Assembly: GCF_021869535.1 (NCBI RefSeq)
Contig: NW_026262723.1
Span: 59,024,001 to 59,088,000 of the forward strand
Length of the DNA: 64,000 nt
DNA from: Mytilus californianus
Taxonomy: Eukaryota
Direction: 5' to 3'
Below the pieces are notes generated by a model. It saw only the letters and a list, made by a program, of their open reading frames with translations, made no database searches and was not told the origin of the DNA. Below, piece by piece: positions 47,269-60,470 of the stretch. How positions within the stretch are numbered: position 1 is the stretch's first letter; every line of letters starts with the position of its first letter. Both the position numbers and the translations under genes were made by a program.

Positions 47269-50200
47269 TTATATCATTTCTATTGTCTCCTCGCATTTTT
47301 TATGAGTTGCTGTTTCCTTGATTTTAACTCTAATTTCAGTTTCTCCGAAAATCAATTCGACTTTGATTTTGTCAGCTGTACCAGTGCCTGTAAGCTGCAC
47401 TGTTATTGTTCCTAAGACCGAACAACCATCTTCGTCGGTGTACATTGGATTATCCTTTTCTGTTTGATAGATACGAAGTGTAAACAATCCATTGTCCTCT
47501 TGTTTACATTTTGCTACGGAAGTAACTTTTTTGCCTAACGGTAGTATTTCATTGCGTTTCACTATTGGATCGAATACACGACTGCATTTCTCTTCTCCGT
47601 TTACTATTTCTAAATGGCTACTGTCATACTTCAGTGGATCAAACTTTTTACGTTTACTGAATCCATAGGTATACTTAGCAATTCTTTCAGAAATGGCATT
47701 GGGCTGATGACCAAATATTACGGCTCCTTTCAAAACCGCCATCTCACTATCTGTTGGAACAATTACATTTTGATCGGGAAAAGTAGATTGTACTGCTTTT
47801 TGAAGAAGGACACATTCTGCAAAACCTCCGACAAGAATAATTTGTGAAAGTCCATCAACACCTTCTCTTTTCAAAATTTCATCAATTATTTCGATTACGC
47901 CGGCAATAGTTGGCTGGAATGAGGAAAGAAAAGTGTCTTCCCTTATACGTATCTTGTCAGAAATTATCGAAATATCTGAATTAAACCTGGACGACTCGAT
48001 AGCGGATTCAAAATTTTTATTCAAGTGTTCTTTACAAAGATCGTCCAAAACTGTAAACGGGATCGTCATGTTAATTGTCCCAGATTTTCCAACACGAAGA
48101 CTTCTTTTTCTGCTTTCAAACTCTCTGGATAAGTCGAGGTATGAGTCCAGACTTTCTCTTTTGAAAGCTTTCATCGCTTCGGTACCAGTGATGTTCTCTA
48201 TCATTTTCATGAACTCCCGGTCAACACTTGTTCCACCATAATCACCACCTGAGGCACGACAAATCTCTTTTAGGCTTTCGTCGTTTCTTTTTTCGTGAAC
48301 TGTAATATCGACCGTCCCTCCTGAAATAGTATCGTAATATAATCATTTTGTTTTTAAATTGGACGTTTTTTTCCTTCTAAATCTATATAAATGGAACATA
48401 TATCTTAAGTATCAATTTCAATGTTCAAAGTGTATTTAAGCTTTTGATTTTGCCATTTGTTAAGGGACTTTTCGTTTTGAATTTTCCTTGGAGTTTGTTA
48501 TTTTTGTTATTTTACTTTTTTCAACAATTTCGACAATTTATAGTGCCAAAAAGCATAACGATTTTAACAAAAAGTCATTGTAAGACTATTAGATCTTTGA
48601 TATGATAATGTTTTTTTTTGGAATAACATAGTCCATTCAACCACAGAGTTCCCTAGATAGAAATACTGATTAATTATTAAGAGTTGGTTGACCCTTATGG
48701 GATATCTGTTTTACAGATAACAACGGATATGTTCCAATTGTCGCAACCACAATCACATCCCCTTTTCTTTGAATGTGACCTACCAAATTAGACTTATCAC
48801 CGGGTTTGTTACACATATGAGCAACACGACGGGTGCCAGATGTTGAGCAAGACCTTTTTACCTACCCTTCCGGAGCACCTGAGATCACCCCCGGTTTTTG
48901 ATGGGGTTCATGTTGTTCAGTCTTTAGTTTTTTATGTTGTGTTTTGTGTACTGTTGTTTGTCTTTTCATCATTTTTCGTTTTTTTGCCATGGCATTGTCA
49001 TTTTGTGTTGGACCTTTTGAGTTTGAATATTCCTTCGATATCTTTCTCCTCTCTTTTACAAAGTGTTGGCCATTAGTGTGTAATACTAAATAGAAGAAGA
49101 TTAATACGCCAGATATATCTGTAATGAGTTATATTTTCTTTAAAATCACCATTGCCAAAGAATCACACATGAACTTTTATATATAAAGATCCTAAAAGTC
49201 ATACATGTACATATTTTAGGACGGAGTGACATAATGTTTTCATCAAACATTAATCACAGGGAGATTACTATAACAAAACTCCTTCACATATGGACAAAAA
49301 AAAGGTAATCAATATAACCAAATGAAATCTACATTTTGCAATAGACAAGGAACTAAATGAACGATAAGCTAGCCCATGTACCATCATGAACCAATATCCA
49401 TACCCAAGCCCATTTCTTTATTATTCGAGGAGCCAGGAACCCTATCATTGGAGCCTTGACCTGTTTTATTTAAGCCTGTTTCCTAATGCGAAGTGGACTT
49501 TTAATTGGGAGCTTGGAGATCAACAATAATATTTGGATGGCGATATTTATAATCTGTATAATTATTCGCATATGCATCATACTAATGAATATGAAGGATA
49601 GCTCTTTCAAGTGCAATTATAAAATCACTAAAGTGGTTAATTCATTGAAATGCACTTTCAAGAAACGGTAACTAAAACACTGAGAATGAACAAATATAAA
49701 ATACAAAATGAATAAACATGGTAACTGTGACAAATATTGCATAATTACAATAAACTGAACACCCTTCAAGTTTAACCATTATATCCACTGTTTAATTCCG
49801 AAAAAATACAATTATTTCTACACGAGTTACCTCCTAAATCAACAACCATATATTTTGTTCCAACGGTAGCGACTGCAAATCCTTTTGCTCCTTCCAATTT
49901 TTCTGTAGGCAAATGTTGACAGTATATTGATGCTGCTTCGGGTTCAAGGGCTATTCGTAATTTATTCGATGATATCCCCGCCTGCAAATTTATTTAATAG
50001 TATATATAGTTAGCATCCTTATAAATATAATTATGATCATATTTTCGATTAGGAATCTTTGCTTTACAAGCTGCACAAATCCAACGAAATATAATTTCAC
50101 ACATAGATCTTTCTTTTAAAATTTTATTTAAGTGAAGAATTATCATGATAGTAAAAAGCTTTTTATAACCTAAATACAATTATAAAAAAAAAACACCACC

Positions 50201-52664
50201 AGTTTTTGGTTGGATTCGTTTTGCTCAGTCTTTAGTATTCTATTAAGTGCGTTGTGAACGTATTGTCTTTTCGTCGCCTTTCGGGTTTTTTTTTTACCAT
50301 TACGTTGTCAGTTTCTCTCGACTGATATCCCCTTGGTATCCTCTGCCTTTCGTTTTTTAAAAATCAAACATCAAATTATATGACTTTTAAAATGTGATAT
50401 TCGTGAACAAATACCAGAATTATAATGTTACAATTTAACTTCATATATCTGTTTACCATAAAAGTGAGGTAATTGTTCATGATAATAAAAAGAAAGAGGA
50501 CATCTTAAAAAAAATAAATCTGCTTTGTGCTACTTTTGGAATTATACAATATTTGATTTAAGCATGATACAAGCAGCCAAAGAACATAATTATTCTACAG
50601 GCAACGTCAAATAACTTTGTCTGCCAAATGCTCCAGTAAACCTCTTAACCTATTATTTACATCTAGTCCATCATTTAACAACAATTGCCATCACAAGTAA
50701 ATTCATCTGAATGTGAAATTAAAGGATTTTGCTTGATGCTTTTTCTTCTGGTCTTTTCCATTGATTTCTGCTTTATATTAGTACACAAACAAGTCGGCGA
50801 CCATGATAGCGTACTTAGTTCTCATTGGAATACCAAATATCAGTTTGATATCAATACTTTCAACATATATGTAACTTACAATCTTTGTAAACAACAGCTT
50901 ACATTTTTTTAATGTATTAATGAAGCTTAACGAATCAATCAAAAGATTTCCAACTTAGTTAATATAATAAAACACTTTAACAAAACATTACTGTCATATC
51001 ATTAGTCTAGTTTTTAGTTTTCTATGTCTTTAGCTCAGTCTTTAGTTTTCAATGTTGTGTTTTGTGTACTGTTTTTTGTCTGTTTCTCTTTTTCTTTTTT
51101 TAGCCATGGCTTGTCTGTTTATTTTCGACTTATGAGTTTGAATATCTCTTAGGAATCCTTTGCCTCTCTTATAATCGACTTATATGCTCGTGCATAAGCA
51201 AAAATTAAAAAAACACACAAACCTGATATAAAATGTGTTTATGTAAAAACCTTAATAGTTATACTTAAACAAATATGATATTCATAATACCATTTCAGCG
51301 CTCCTTCTCATGAACTGCTTAGCACCATCAGACCATATGGCGGGAACAGTAAGAACCCAACGAATATCATCAATTTGTATATCAACAAGTTGTTGTCTAA
51401 TAGAATTTAGTAAATGGTCTTTTAGAGCTTTTATAGACAAAGAGAATATGTCTAATGCTGAGGCGCTCTTTCCAGTTATATCTTCTATGATCAATTCCTT
51501 GCTTACTTTCTGTCAAATATAAAAATATATATTATATGAATATAAATCAAAGTAAGTATGAAAGATTACGAGTAGTCTATTTTGTTTGACCATCATTTTT
51601 ACGACAACAATAAAAGGAAAATACCTTCAGAACTTTGATGACTTGGTACAGGCATTTCATTATCTAGTAAGAGTATTAAGGAATATTCGACAGTGAACAA
51701 ACATTGCTCATTGTTTAGTGGTGATTTCATAGCGTTTTTTTTCTTATTTTGTAAGAGTAACTTTTAGATGGTTAAAATACTGACTGTATTCCTTCCTGTA
51801 ATAAAGTGTTAATTGCTATCACAACACCTATTGTATTTTGTTTGCAGTCATAAGTAACATACAAACTTCTAATGTTGGCATATGCTGAAGACATGTCTAT
51901 CTTAATAAGTTGTTCCTCATCAGTGTGTCATATCATATTAACGATAAATATCAACTTATTGATTGCCATTATCATTTATAAATAAGATACTATCAGAGTA
52001 TCAAATGTCGTTGTACAGTTAACTTATATACTGAGTAAAATATGTTTAGCAACATATTTTTTAATTAAAAAATAGCAAGTTTCCGAAGTAAAGGACATAA
52101 AATGATAGGAATAATTCTTTTCGAGTGAGAATTACTTATTTCTTTGTCACAATGGTTTAACTATTTTTGTTTTGTTTAGTTTCTTTTAATATATAATTTA
52201 AAGTAACCGTTTCTACACTTTTATTTAACTAACTCTATATTTAATTTGTTCACGTGTGTGTGTATATTGCATCAAATTACGTTATAATTTTGGTTTCAGG
52301 TTTACAATTAGTAAGGTAAATTACTTTAACTTCCAAATACCTTTGCATTGTAAAGTCTCATCTTGAATCTGTGGAAATAATAATAATCATGATGCTCTTC
52401 ATCCATTACAAGTTCGGCATATTTATTTTCTGCTTCATATCCAAATGCTACCATATTCTTATCCGAATCTAGCAAAAGACAAGTTGGTGCTTTTAACGAC
52501 ATGAGTTGTCTGCTTCCGGCATTCCACGCATGATTAGCTTGTATCTGTAGAGGATTTTTCTTGAAGTCACTTCGAGTCGAAAAGGCATACCCAGAATAGG
52601 TAGTTCCAAAGTCTATTGCAGCTACAATTAGGTAGTTGTCGTCTTCAGTAGTATTTTGCGCCAT
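47269..52664 (-). CDS. HSPA12: HSPA12-like (G3), intact, divergent paralog, 581 aa
   Basis: complement(join(47269..48320,49831..49981,51291..51509,52341..52664)); GT-AG introns; AAIDFGTTYSGYAFS, LTVPAIW, LEPEAASIYC, DLGGGTVDITVH, LVGGFA. Confidence 0.92.
48680..49052 (+). mobile_element. Longest family A copy, including the coding end of the Penelope-like element, G3 intron 3
   Basis: gagttggttgacccttatgggatatctgttttacagata..acggatatgtt (ELVDxYGISVxQ..TDM) runs into the gagcaacacgacgggtgcc..cttccggagcacctgagatcacccc tail. Confidence 0.8.
50195..50355 (+). mobile_element. Family A copy, G3 intron 2
   Basis: caccaccagtttttggttgg..gctcagtctttag..ccccttggtatcctctgcc. Confidence 0.7.
51000..51172 (+). 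mobile_element. Family A copy, G3 intron 2
   Basis: gctcagtctttagttttc..tttagccatggc..cgacttatgagtttgaat..gcctctctt. Confidence 0.75.
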
Positions 52665-53104
52665 ATTGTTGTGTGTTATATATCTCTTAGTATAACAGTT
52701 TTGCTAATATCACAAAATCCCATTAAAGTTGAATTTGAATTTTCCGCTTTATCTATATTACTGTGTTTTCGATATTTCTTCTATGCTGACAAAGACAAAA
52801 AATAATGCATACTATTTTACTTTCGGTTTAAATTCAAAGGAATTTGTCTGATGACACCGCTACTGCGACGCTTTAAATCAACGTTATTTACCTATAAATT
52901 TAAATAGATATAAATATCTATATTTAGAACTGGGTCGAAAGAAAAGAACAGGTTTTACCTGTACACTCCATAGTTTTCCCAGGAATACAATGTTTTCAAG
53001 GATTCATATGAATATATTATTTAATCCGTTTCAGATCTTGGTCCAAATAGTATTGGCGACAATAAGTTTGAAGTTAATGAGATCATCCCCATTTTGTTTT
53101 TTTT

Positions 53105-53292
53105 TTTTTTAGGGGGGTGGGGGAGGGGGTTGTGTTGCTCAGTCGTTAGTTTTATTTGACGTGTTTGTAGCCTCGTTTTTTTTTCCGTACATCTTTGTTT
53201 TTTTGTTGTGTTTATTTTTTGCCATGGCGTTGTCAGTTTTCCTTCGACTTATCATCTCTGATGTTCCCTTGGTATCTTTCGACTCTTTTTTT
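53105..53292 (+). mobile_element. Family A copy with G-rich head
   Basis: ggggggtgggggagggggttgtgttgctcagtc..gccatggcgttgtcagtt..cccttggtatctttcg. Confidence 0.7.
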
Positions 53293-53350
53293 TCAATTTA
53301 AGATTTTATAACCACCAAAATGCAAATGGCGTATATTACACTCGGGGAAG

Positions 53351-53688
53351 GGGGCACTTCCTATATACAAGGTGATAGGACGTGCCGCTGTAATAGGTTA
53401 CATTTTCCAGCTTGAAAATATGTGAATAGGTGGGGAAAAATATCAGAAATATATGATAAGATCAATAAAGATCCCATTACTTGATATATGAAAAGCCCTG
53501 TATTTTTTTTTTTGACAGCCGAAAGTCTCGCCTTAATTAAACATTACATGAGGAATCTGAGCCTCAGATCTGAGCTTCGAGCAAAGGTGATATTTTCTCG
53601 ATTTCACAAAATCATACCAATATGGGGAAAGGTGATATTTTTACCTACGCAATATACACCCTCTATCAATTAAGTATTGAAGTGCCCC
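53351..53688. mobile_element. MITE-like element
   Basis: ggggcacttc / gaagtgcccc perfect 10-bp inverted termini within G/C-rich ends. Confidence 0.55.
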
Positions 53689-54891
53689 TCTCCCACCCCA
53701 CCCATTCCACGAGATATTACAGTATGGAAATGCTAATACTTAAACACAACCACTATATTTAAACCTTATCACATCATCATGTAACTCATCAATATTTTAA
53801 CAGGAGTTACATTGAGGGTGTTACTAGTCCAACAACAAATACTGATCCTTCTGTAGTACCTGAGTTCACCCTCGGTTTTGGTGAGATTATTAGGTTGTCT
53901 ATTTAACTTCAATTAATGCTTCTTAACCCCTTATTATCTTCTCCCAATTTTTATTATATCAGATGTTCCACTAAAAATATAATTAAGAGTTGTTTTCAAT
54001 AAAACAAAACACGATTTTGGAATAATGCAATGGCATTATGCTTTAAATCATTTTGTTCCAATTTACCATTAAACATTTAGATAGCTTTACTGTTTTACTG
54101 TTTCTGCAAAGCTCATATGGATTTTGGACCATTGTCAACCAGAGCACTCAATGCCCCTATTAAAGTATATTCAATCTCTTTAAGTTCAGAGGCAATTAAC
54201 CATTTCGAAATTGATCGGAATTGAGAAGTACCTCTTGCTTTATTATGAGTGCCGTGTGTTTAATCTGACTTAATGAAATCAGTATCATAAATGTATTATT
54301 TATTTAAATTATGTAGCTTCTCCACATGTTATTTTAGATTTTCTTTTTAAAGTTTCATTGGTTGTTAGCATGAGTTACCAACAACCACTGAAACATAATT
54401 GTAATGAAGATGATAATACAATTAACCAAAATTTATAATAAGGCGATCCTGCATTCTATTTGTCAAGGTAGAAGTTCATGCCATTTGAATTCGAAAGTCA
54501 AAAAGTATAAGAAGACATTAGTCTATCAAACATCCGTATAAATATTTGAATTTTCATATTTGCATTAGAGATAAACTTTTTGCATCTGGTTGAAAACTTT
54601 AGAAAGTGCAAAAACAGTCTCATTTTTAGATATTGTCGTTCAGACTTAGCTTTAGGACAAGACAATACCCATTATAAATTTTTACAACATATTTTTCACA
54701 AAAATGTTATATATTAGTAATTAACGTGTAAAATATCGGTTTTGTTTGGTAAGGCCTTCGTTTATATCTATTTTTTCCCTAACCTACGCGTTAAATTATC
54801 ATTTTAGTTCAAATAGATCAATTTAGACACATAATAGGAACAGCACAAGTAATACTTTTACAACAACTCCAGTGATTTCCAAGGAGAATTA

Positions 54892-55140
54892 TTGATTGAT
54901 TTATTGTTGGTGTTTAACTCCTCTTTTATCACTATTTGCTATATCTTGGTGGTCAGCTTTTATTGGTGGAGGAACCCCAGAGACCCATCGATCTTCGGTA
55001 GGAAAACTGACCATCCTAGTCTATCAAGATTAGAGTCGATCGCACCTGCTACGTGCTTGGTTCGAACTCACTATCCTGGTGTTGACAGGCTAGTGATACA
55101 GCAGATGAACTACTTATACCTCTCGGTCACCAATCCCCTC
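54892..55140 (-). mobile_element. tRNA-derived SINE
   Basis: Minus strand: A-box-like GGTGACCGAGAGGT, B-box GAGTTCGAACC, ggttcctccaccaataaa central domain, (TCAA)n tail. Confidence 0.7.
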
Positions 55141-55909
55141 TTTCCAAATAGAAGGTTACCGAAAAGAATACGACAGACGATAGACAACAAGTGATGATAT
55201 GCTTGAATTGAGCTTAAAAGGGAAAATATTTACAAAGAAAATGGATAAATGCTAGTATCTTTAAGAATAATGATTAAAAACCTAAAGTATTTACAACATG
55301 AAAGTGGCGGCATTTAGATATATGAATTTTCCTCACAAAATGAAATAAAGATCTGATAAATCCAACAGAGCATACATTTTAAACAGACGTCAGAAAAGGG
55401 ATAGTTAGGGCGGATGAACTATCCTGTAATTTATACATGTTATATAACACAAACAGAGATCCTTTAATCAAATAACATAATGGTGATTCTCATAAAAATA
55501 CATATTTAGAAAGCGATGTATTCCAACGATAACGTCTGTGAAAAATTTGCTCTTATAAAGTTGGGTTGATGATTAGAAGGCATGTGAGGCGCTCTGGAAA
55601 TTATGAAGCTATAATGTATGTGTACATTTATTTGGTCTGTGAGTTTAATTAAGGTGCTTCTTGTTTACACAAATCTCTAGATGATTCATAACAATTGTAG
55701 GTCAAAACCATTTATGAATCCAATCGCACACCTTTCATACCAAACTGAAGTATTGATTCTTTCTGACAGTTTTCTTTAACAACCATAACACGAGAGAAAA
55801 ATATTACATACTGGTAGCTTAACTTTGTGAAAATTTAGAAAGATATCTCACTGTTTGCAAATGGTACTGATATAACCAAAATGTTATGGACTATACGTTT
55901 TTAAGTAAC

Positions 55910-56095
55910 ACAACGGTGTCACATGGGAACCATAGATCATACCCGGTTTTTGGTGGGGTTTCATGTTTTTCAGTCTTAGTTTACTATGTAATGTTATGTG
56001 AATTTGATTGTTTTTTCGTCGTTTATCTTTTTTTGCCATAACACTGTCAGTTATTCTTTATCTTATTGGAATTAAACAAATCTTAGTATCTTTTT
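55910..56095 (+). mobile_element. Degenerate family A copy
   Basis: caacggtgtcacatgg..ccggtttttggtggggtttc..cagtcttagttt. Confidence 0.6.
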
Positions 56096-56849
56096 TTTAT
56101 TTTTCTGTTGGGCTATATTATAATAGAAAACTAGTCCTCTCTTTAAAGGGAACAGTATATGCATAATTTTTCTAATTTTTAAATATTTGCATTTATTCTT
56201 TGTATTCAAAGAATTTGTTGACAAGAATTGCTCTACGAGATCTTCTCTCAGACTAGTTGAGTATCAAGGCGACAGTAGTTAACCGATGTTCAACTCTCGG
56301 AAATCGATAAGGAAGATTCAAATCAAGGTACCCAACAGAAACTTAGGAAATCGCATGAACTCCTAAAAAGGACGCGATTAGTCGCGTCGACAGGTTTAGT
56401 GTCTCCTTTTTTCCATGCATTGAGTATAACATTATAAATAGAAGAATAAAAATTCAAATAAGGTCAAACAAAAGTCTTAATTTTTTTTAACTGTAATACT
56501 TTTAAAGCGTACTATTTGTTTTTAAGTCAGGATGCTTACAATCAAGATTTGTAAAATAATTAATCATATCTACAGAATAAATCTTTTAATCAAATATCTT
56601 CTTCCATTTGGTACCGCAAAATATACAATACCTCAGAGAACAATTTTTAGTCAGCACTTGGTAATGTAAACTCGTAAGAACCTCTAACAATGACGCGTTT
56701 TCTCTTGACCTAATGTCTAATCAAAATGAATTCTAGATTCATCATGAAATTTGACGTGCACTTGAAAGTGAACAATACATAATAACCATAAGGAACCAAT
56801 TTAAAATACAAGATGTTCAAAGCAATGTTAACATTTAACTTTTCCCTTG

Positions 56850-56965
56850 TGTATAAACTAATTATAGATACCAGGATTAATTTATGTACGCCAGACGCGC
56901 CATTCGTGTTCAAAAGACTCATCAGCGCGCTCAAATAAAAAAAATACAAAGTCCAAATAAAGGTT
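56850..56965 (-). repeat. Family D repeat with decayed hammerhead motif
   Basis: Minus strand 56888-56932: gcgcg-CTGATGA-gtcttttgaacac-GAAT-ggcgc-GTC-tggcgt. Confidence 0.6.
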
Positions 56966-56983
56966 GAAAAGAATATGAAATTA

Positions 56984-57142
56984 CAGTGGTGGATCCAGAA
57001 CTTTTTGTAAGGGGGGAGGGGGGCACTGACTGACCTAAGGGGACCGCTCCAGTCATGTTTCAGTGATTCCCTATATAATCAACCAAATTTTTCCCACAAA
57101 AGGCCCCCCCCCCCCCCCCCTTGATCCGCCTATCCGCCTATG
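56984..57142. mobile_element. Short GC-rich MITE
   Basis: cagtggtggatcc / gatccgcctat(ccgcctat)g inverted termini; internal G- and C-runs. Confidence 0.55.
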
Positions 57143-57313
57143 TGAAAACCTTAAATTCCGAAAAGTTTTGCCAAATACAGCTAAGGTTATATATTCCTGG
57201 GATAGAAAATGTGTGTGTGACATCACTTTCTGTTAATAAAATGCACTTTAAAACAATGTTCAATTTTCTTTTTGGTACTTTTGTATAAAAAACTATATAG
57301 ATAATTTGTATTT

Positions 57314-57348
57314 AATTATTAATATTATTATAATTATTATTATTATTT

Positions 57349-57383
<35 letters not shown>
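57314..57383 (+). repeat. (ATT)n microsatellite
   Basis: Directly visible. Confidence 0.95.
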
Positions 57384-59169
57384 TACATTTCCTTACATTT
57401 TACTACAATTCATCTTCGTTATGATCAGTCCTCTTCTGTATGATCAGTTATCTTTGTTATTATCAGTAATATCGTTTAAGAATTTCCTGTATACTGAAAT
57501 CGTTTCAGAAAACTAGATTCAGGTTGATAGTTAACTTATGTAGATTAAATGTAAATCACAAGTAAACTAACTGTGAACTTCAATGGTAATTTTGATCTGA
57601 GCTGATCTTGAAAAAGATCTTGAAAAAGACTTGAAAGACTGAACAAACATTATAAATTATGCTTAGCCTTTCATAAAATTTTAAATTATATCCACTGTGG
57701 TAAATTCAGTAATGATCAAACATTTGCGTTCCATTATGGCTATTTCGGTCTATTTTAAGAATTTATATAAGCTGTTTTTTAATAAGCAAATCATTGAGCT
57801 TTTAATCGTCTCAAAAGTGACTGAGCAGTACTGAATTTATTGCAAGTCTGAACATTGGTGGATTAACCACCAGGAAAATATCTCAAGAAGCTAATGCTCT
57901 TAACGACTGATAAATGTTAATTTTAATCCATTTCAAGTGATATTGAGATTAAAATTGCTGTTTTAGAGAAATATTTATTTAACTAACGTCAAAGTACTTA
58001 AATTAATGTAAACTGTGCATCACATGTGATTGCCGTTGCAGATTGTATCACAGTCAAACTAAGTTCAGTGTTTCCGAAGGTAAATCCCAGTTCTAAAACT
58101 TGGCGACTCGACGAATCAGAAATATCAATGACAATGTCACCAAGGAAAGAACAACCATCATCGGTTGTATGAACTGGATTATAATTTTCGCTTGCAAAAA
58201 CCCTAAATCATATTCTACTTACATTTGTTTGTGTTGTATAATTTCTTCTTATTGTAGTTCCAATTGGAATGACCGAATCTTTTTCTTATATTTTATCAAA
58301 TGCATCTTAACATCGCCAAACGCCATCTGATAATCGACGGTGTATTTTGTCGTGAACTGCTGGATCGAATTTAGGATTAAATGAAATTCCATACGTAAAT
58401 CTGCTAACGCGAGAAGAAATGACGTCTGATTTATGACCAAATAAAACAGCTCCTTTCAAAACTGACAAGCCTGGATCAAATGGGATTATAACTTGGCATG
58501 TGGGAAACTCCCGTCGCACAGCTTCTTGAACAAGAACGCAGTTCGAAAATCCACCAACAAGAAGAATTTGATTGATTGAGCGTGCGATTTCCATTTGAAA
58601 AATGTCTTGAATAAGCTGTAGAATATTTGCAACTGTGTTTTCAAACATTTTCTTGAAGACATTAACATCTATACGTACTTTATCACCCCGAATAACTATG
58701 GAATCTGAATACGGTGATGATGCAATAGTGGTTTTGAAGTCTTCTTTCAGATGTGTTTTACAAAGGGCGTTTAGTGTGGTAAATGGTATAATCATGTTGA
58801 CTTTTTTAGTGTCCGAAGGTTTGTTTCGTTTTGCTGTTTCAAATTCTCTCATAAAGTCAAGGTATGATTCAGGATTTTCTCGTTTCATGATTTCAATGAA
58901 AGGTGCACCAACTATCTTAATTAAAACTTGTATGTACTCTGCATCAACACCAGTTCCTCCACAGTCTCCACCTGTAGCTCGATATAATTCTTTCAAACAA
59001 CCATCTGACAATTCCTCATGTACTGTGATGTCTGCTGTTCCACCTACAAGTTATTGAGATCCTTGAGTTTTTATCAATATCACTCATTAGTAAAACATAT
59101 ATACGTAACCCTCTTTTTATAAAATATAAAACACAACAGGACATCCTCAAAGAAAATAGTCATCAGAAT

Positions 59170-59320
59170 CAATTTAATTCACCCCGGTTTTGGGATGAAT
59201 TGTAGTTTCTCGGTATTTTCTGTGTGATGATTTGTGGACTGTCGCTTGCCGGTTTGGATTTTCATTTGTCTGCTGCTGCCTGTCATTATATGACTTATGC
59301 TGTTTCTTGGTATCTTATTC
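59170..59320 (+). mobile_element. Degenerate family A copy, G4 intron 3
   Basis: ttcaccccggttttggga..ttgtggactgtcg..cttggtatctt. Confidence 0.5.
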
Positions 59321-59454
59321 CCACTTTTTATTATTGTAGGACCTTTTGTTCGACAATCAATTATTCTTATAAATAAAAATATTTCGTATTGTCCGTTATG
59401 CTTTCAACAACCATTTAAAAATAACCGCAACTCAGATAATTTAGGAATAATGCC

Positions 59455-60470
59455 TTTTTTAGCTCACCTGGCCCAAAGGGCCAAGTGAGCTATTCTCATC
59501 ACTTGGCGTCCGTCGTCCGTCGTCCGTCGTCGTCGTCCGTTAACTTTTACAAAAATCTTCTCCTCTGAAACTACTAAGCCAAATTTAACCAAATTTGGCC
59601 ACAATCATCATTAGGGTATCTTGTTTAAAAATGTGTCCGATGACCCCGCCAACTAACCAAGATGGCCGCCATGGCTAAAAATAAAACATAGGGGTAAAAT
59701 GTAGATTTTGGCTTATATCTCTGAAACCAAAGCATTTAGAGTAAATCGATTATCAGGTCAAGATCTATCTGCCCTGAAATTTTCAGACAAATCTGACAAT
59801 CTGTTGTTAGGTTGCTGCCCCTGAATTGGTAATTTTAAGGAAATTTTGCAGTTTTTGGTTATTATCTTGAATATTATTATAGATAGAGATAAACTGTTGT
59901 AAACAGCAATAATGTTCAGCAAAGTAAGATCTACAAATAAGTTGTCATGACCAAAATTGTCCGTTGACCCCTTTAGGAGTTATTGCCCTTAATAGTCAAT
60001 TAATAACAATGTTTTGTAAATTTTTGTAATCTTTTACAAAAAATCTTCTTCTCTGAAACTACTGAGACAAATTTAACCATACTTGGCCATAATCATTATA
60101 AGGGTATCTAGTTTAAAATATTTGTCCGATGACCCCGCCTTCCAACCATCATGGCCGACTTGGTTAAGAACAGAACATAGGGGTAAAATGCAGTTTTTGG
60201 TTTATATCTCTGAAACTAAAGCATTTAGAGCAAATCGGACAGGTGGCAAAAATGTTCATCAGATTTAGATTTATCTGCCCTGAAATTTGGGTTGCTGCCC
60301 CTGAGTTAGTAATTTTACAAAAATTTTGCAGATTTTTGTTATTATCTTAGATATCATTATAATATCTAATATCTAATACTATTAATTATGATTTTAACCT
60401 AATTTTACATGATTTCCAAAGCATCAGTAAATACAGGTGAGCGACACAGGCTCTTGAGAGCCTCTAGTTT
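59455..60470 (+). mobile_element. HINE/DINE-1-like element in G4 intron 3
   Basis: T-run agctcacctg-gcccaaagggcc-aagtgagct, (CGTC)n, ~490-bp units at ~59556/60046, caggtgagcg, aggctcttgagagcct hairpin, T-run. Confidence 0.75.
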
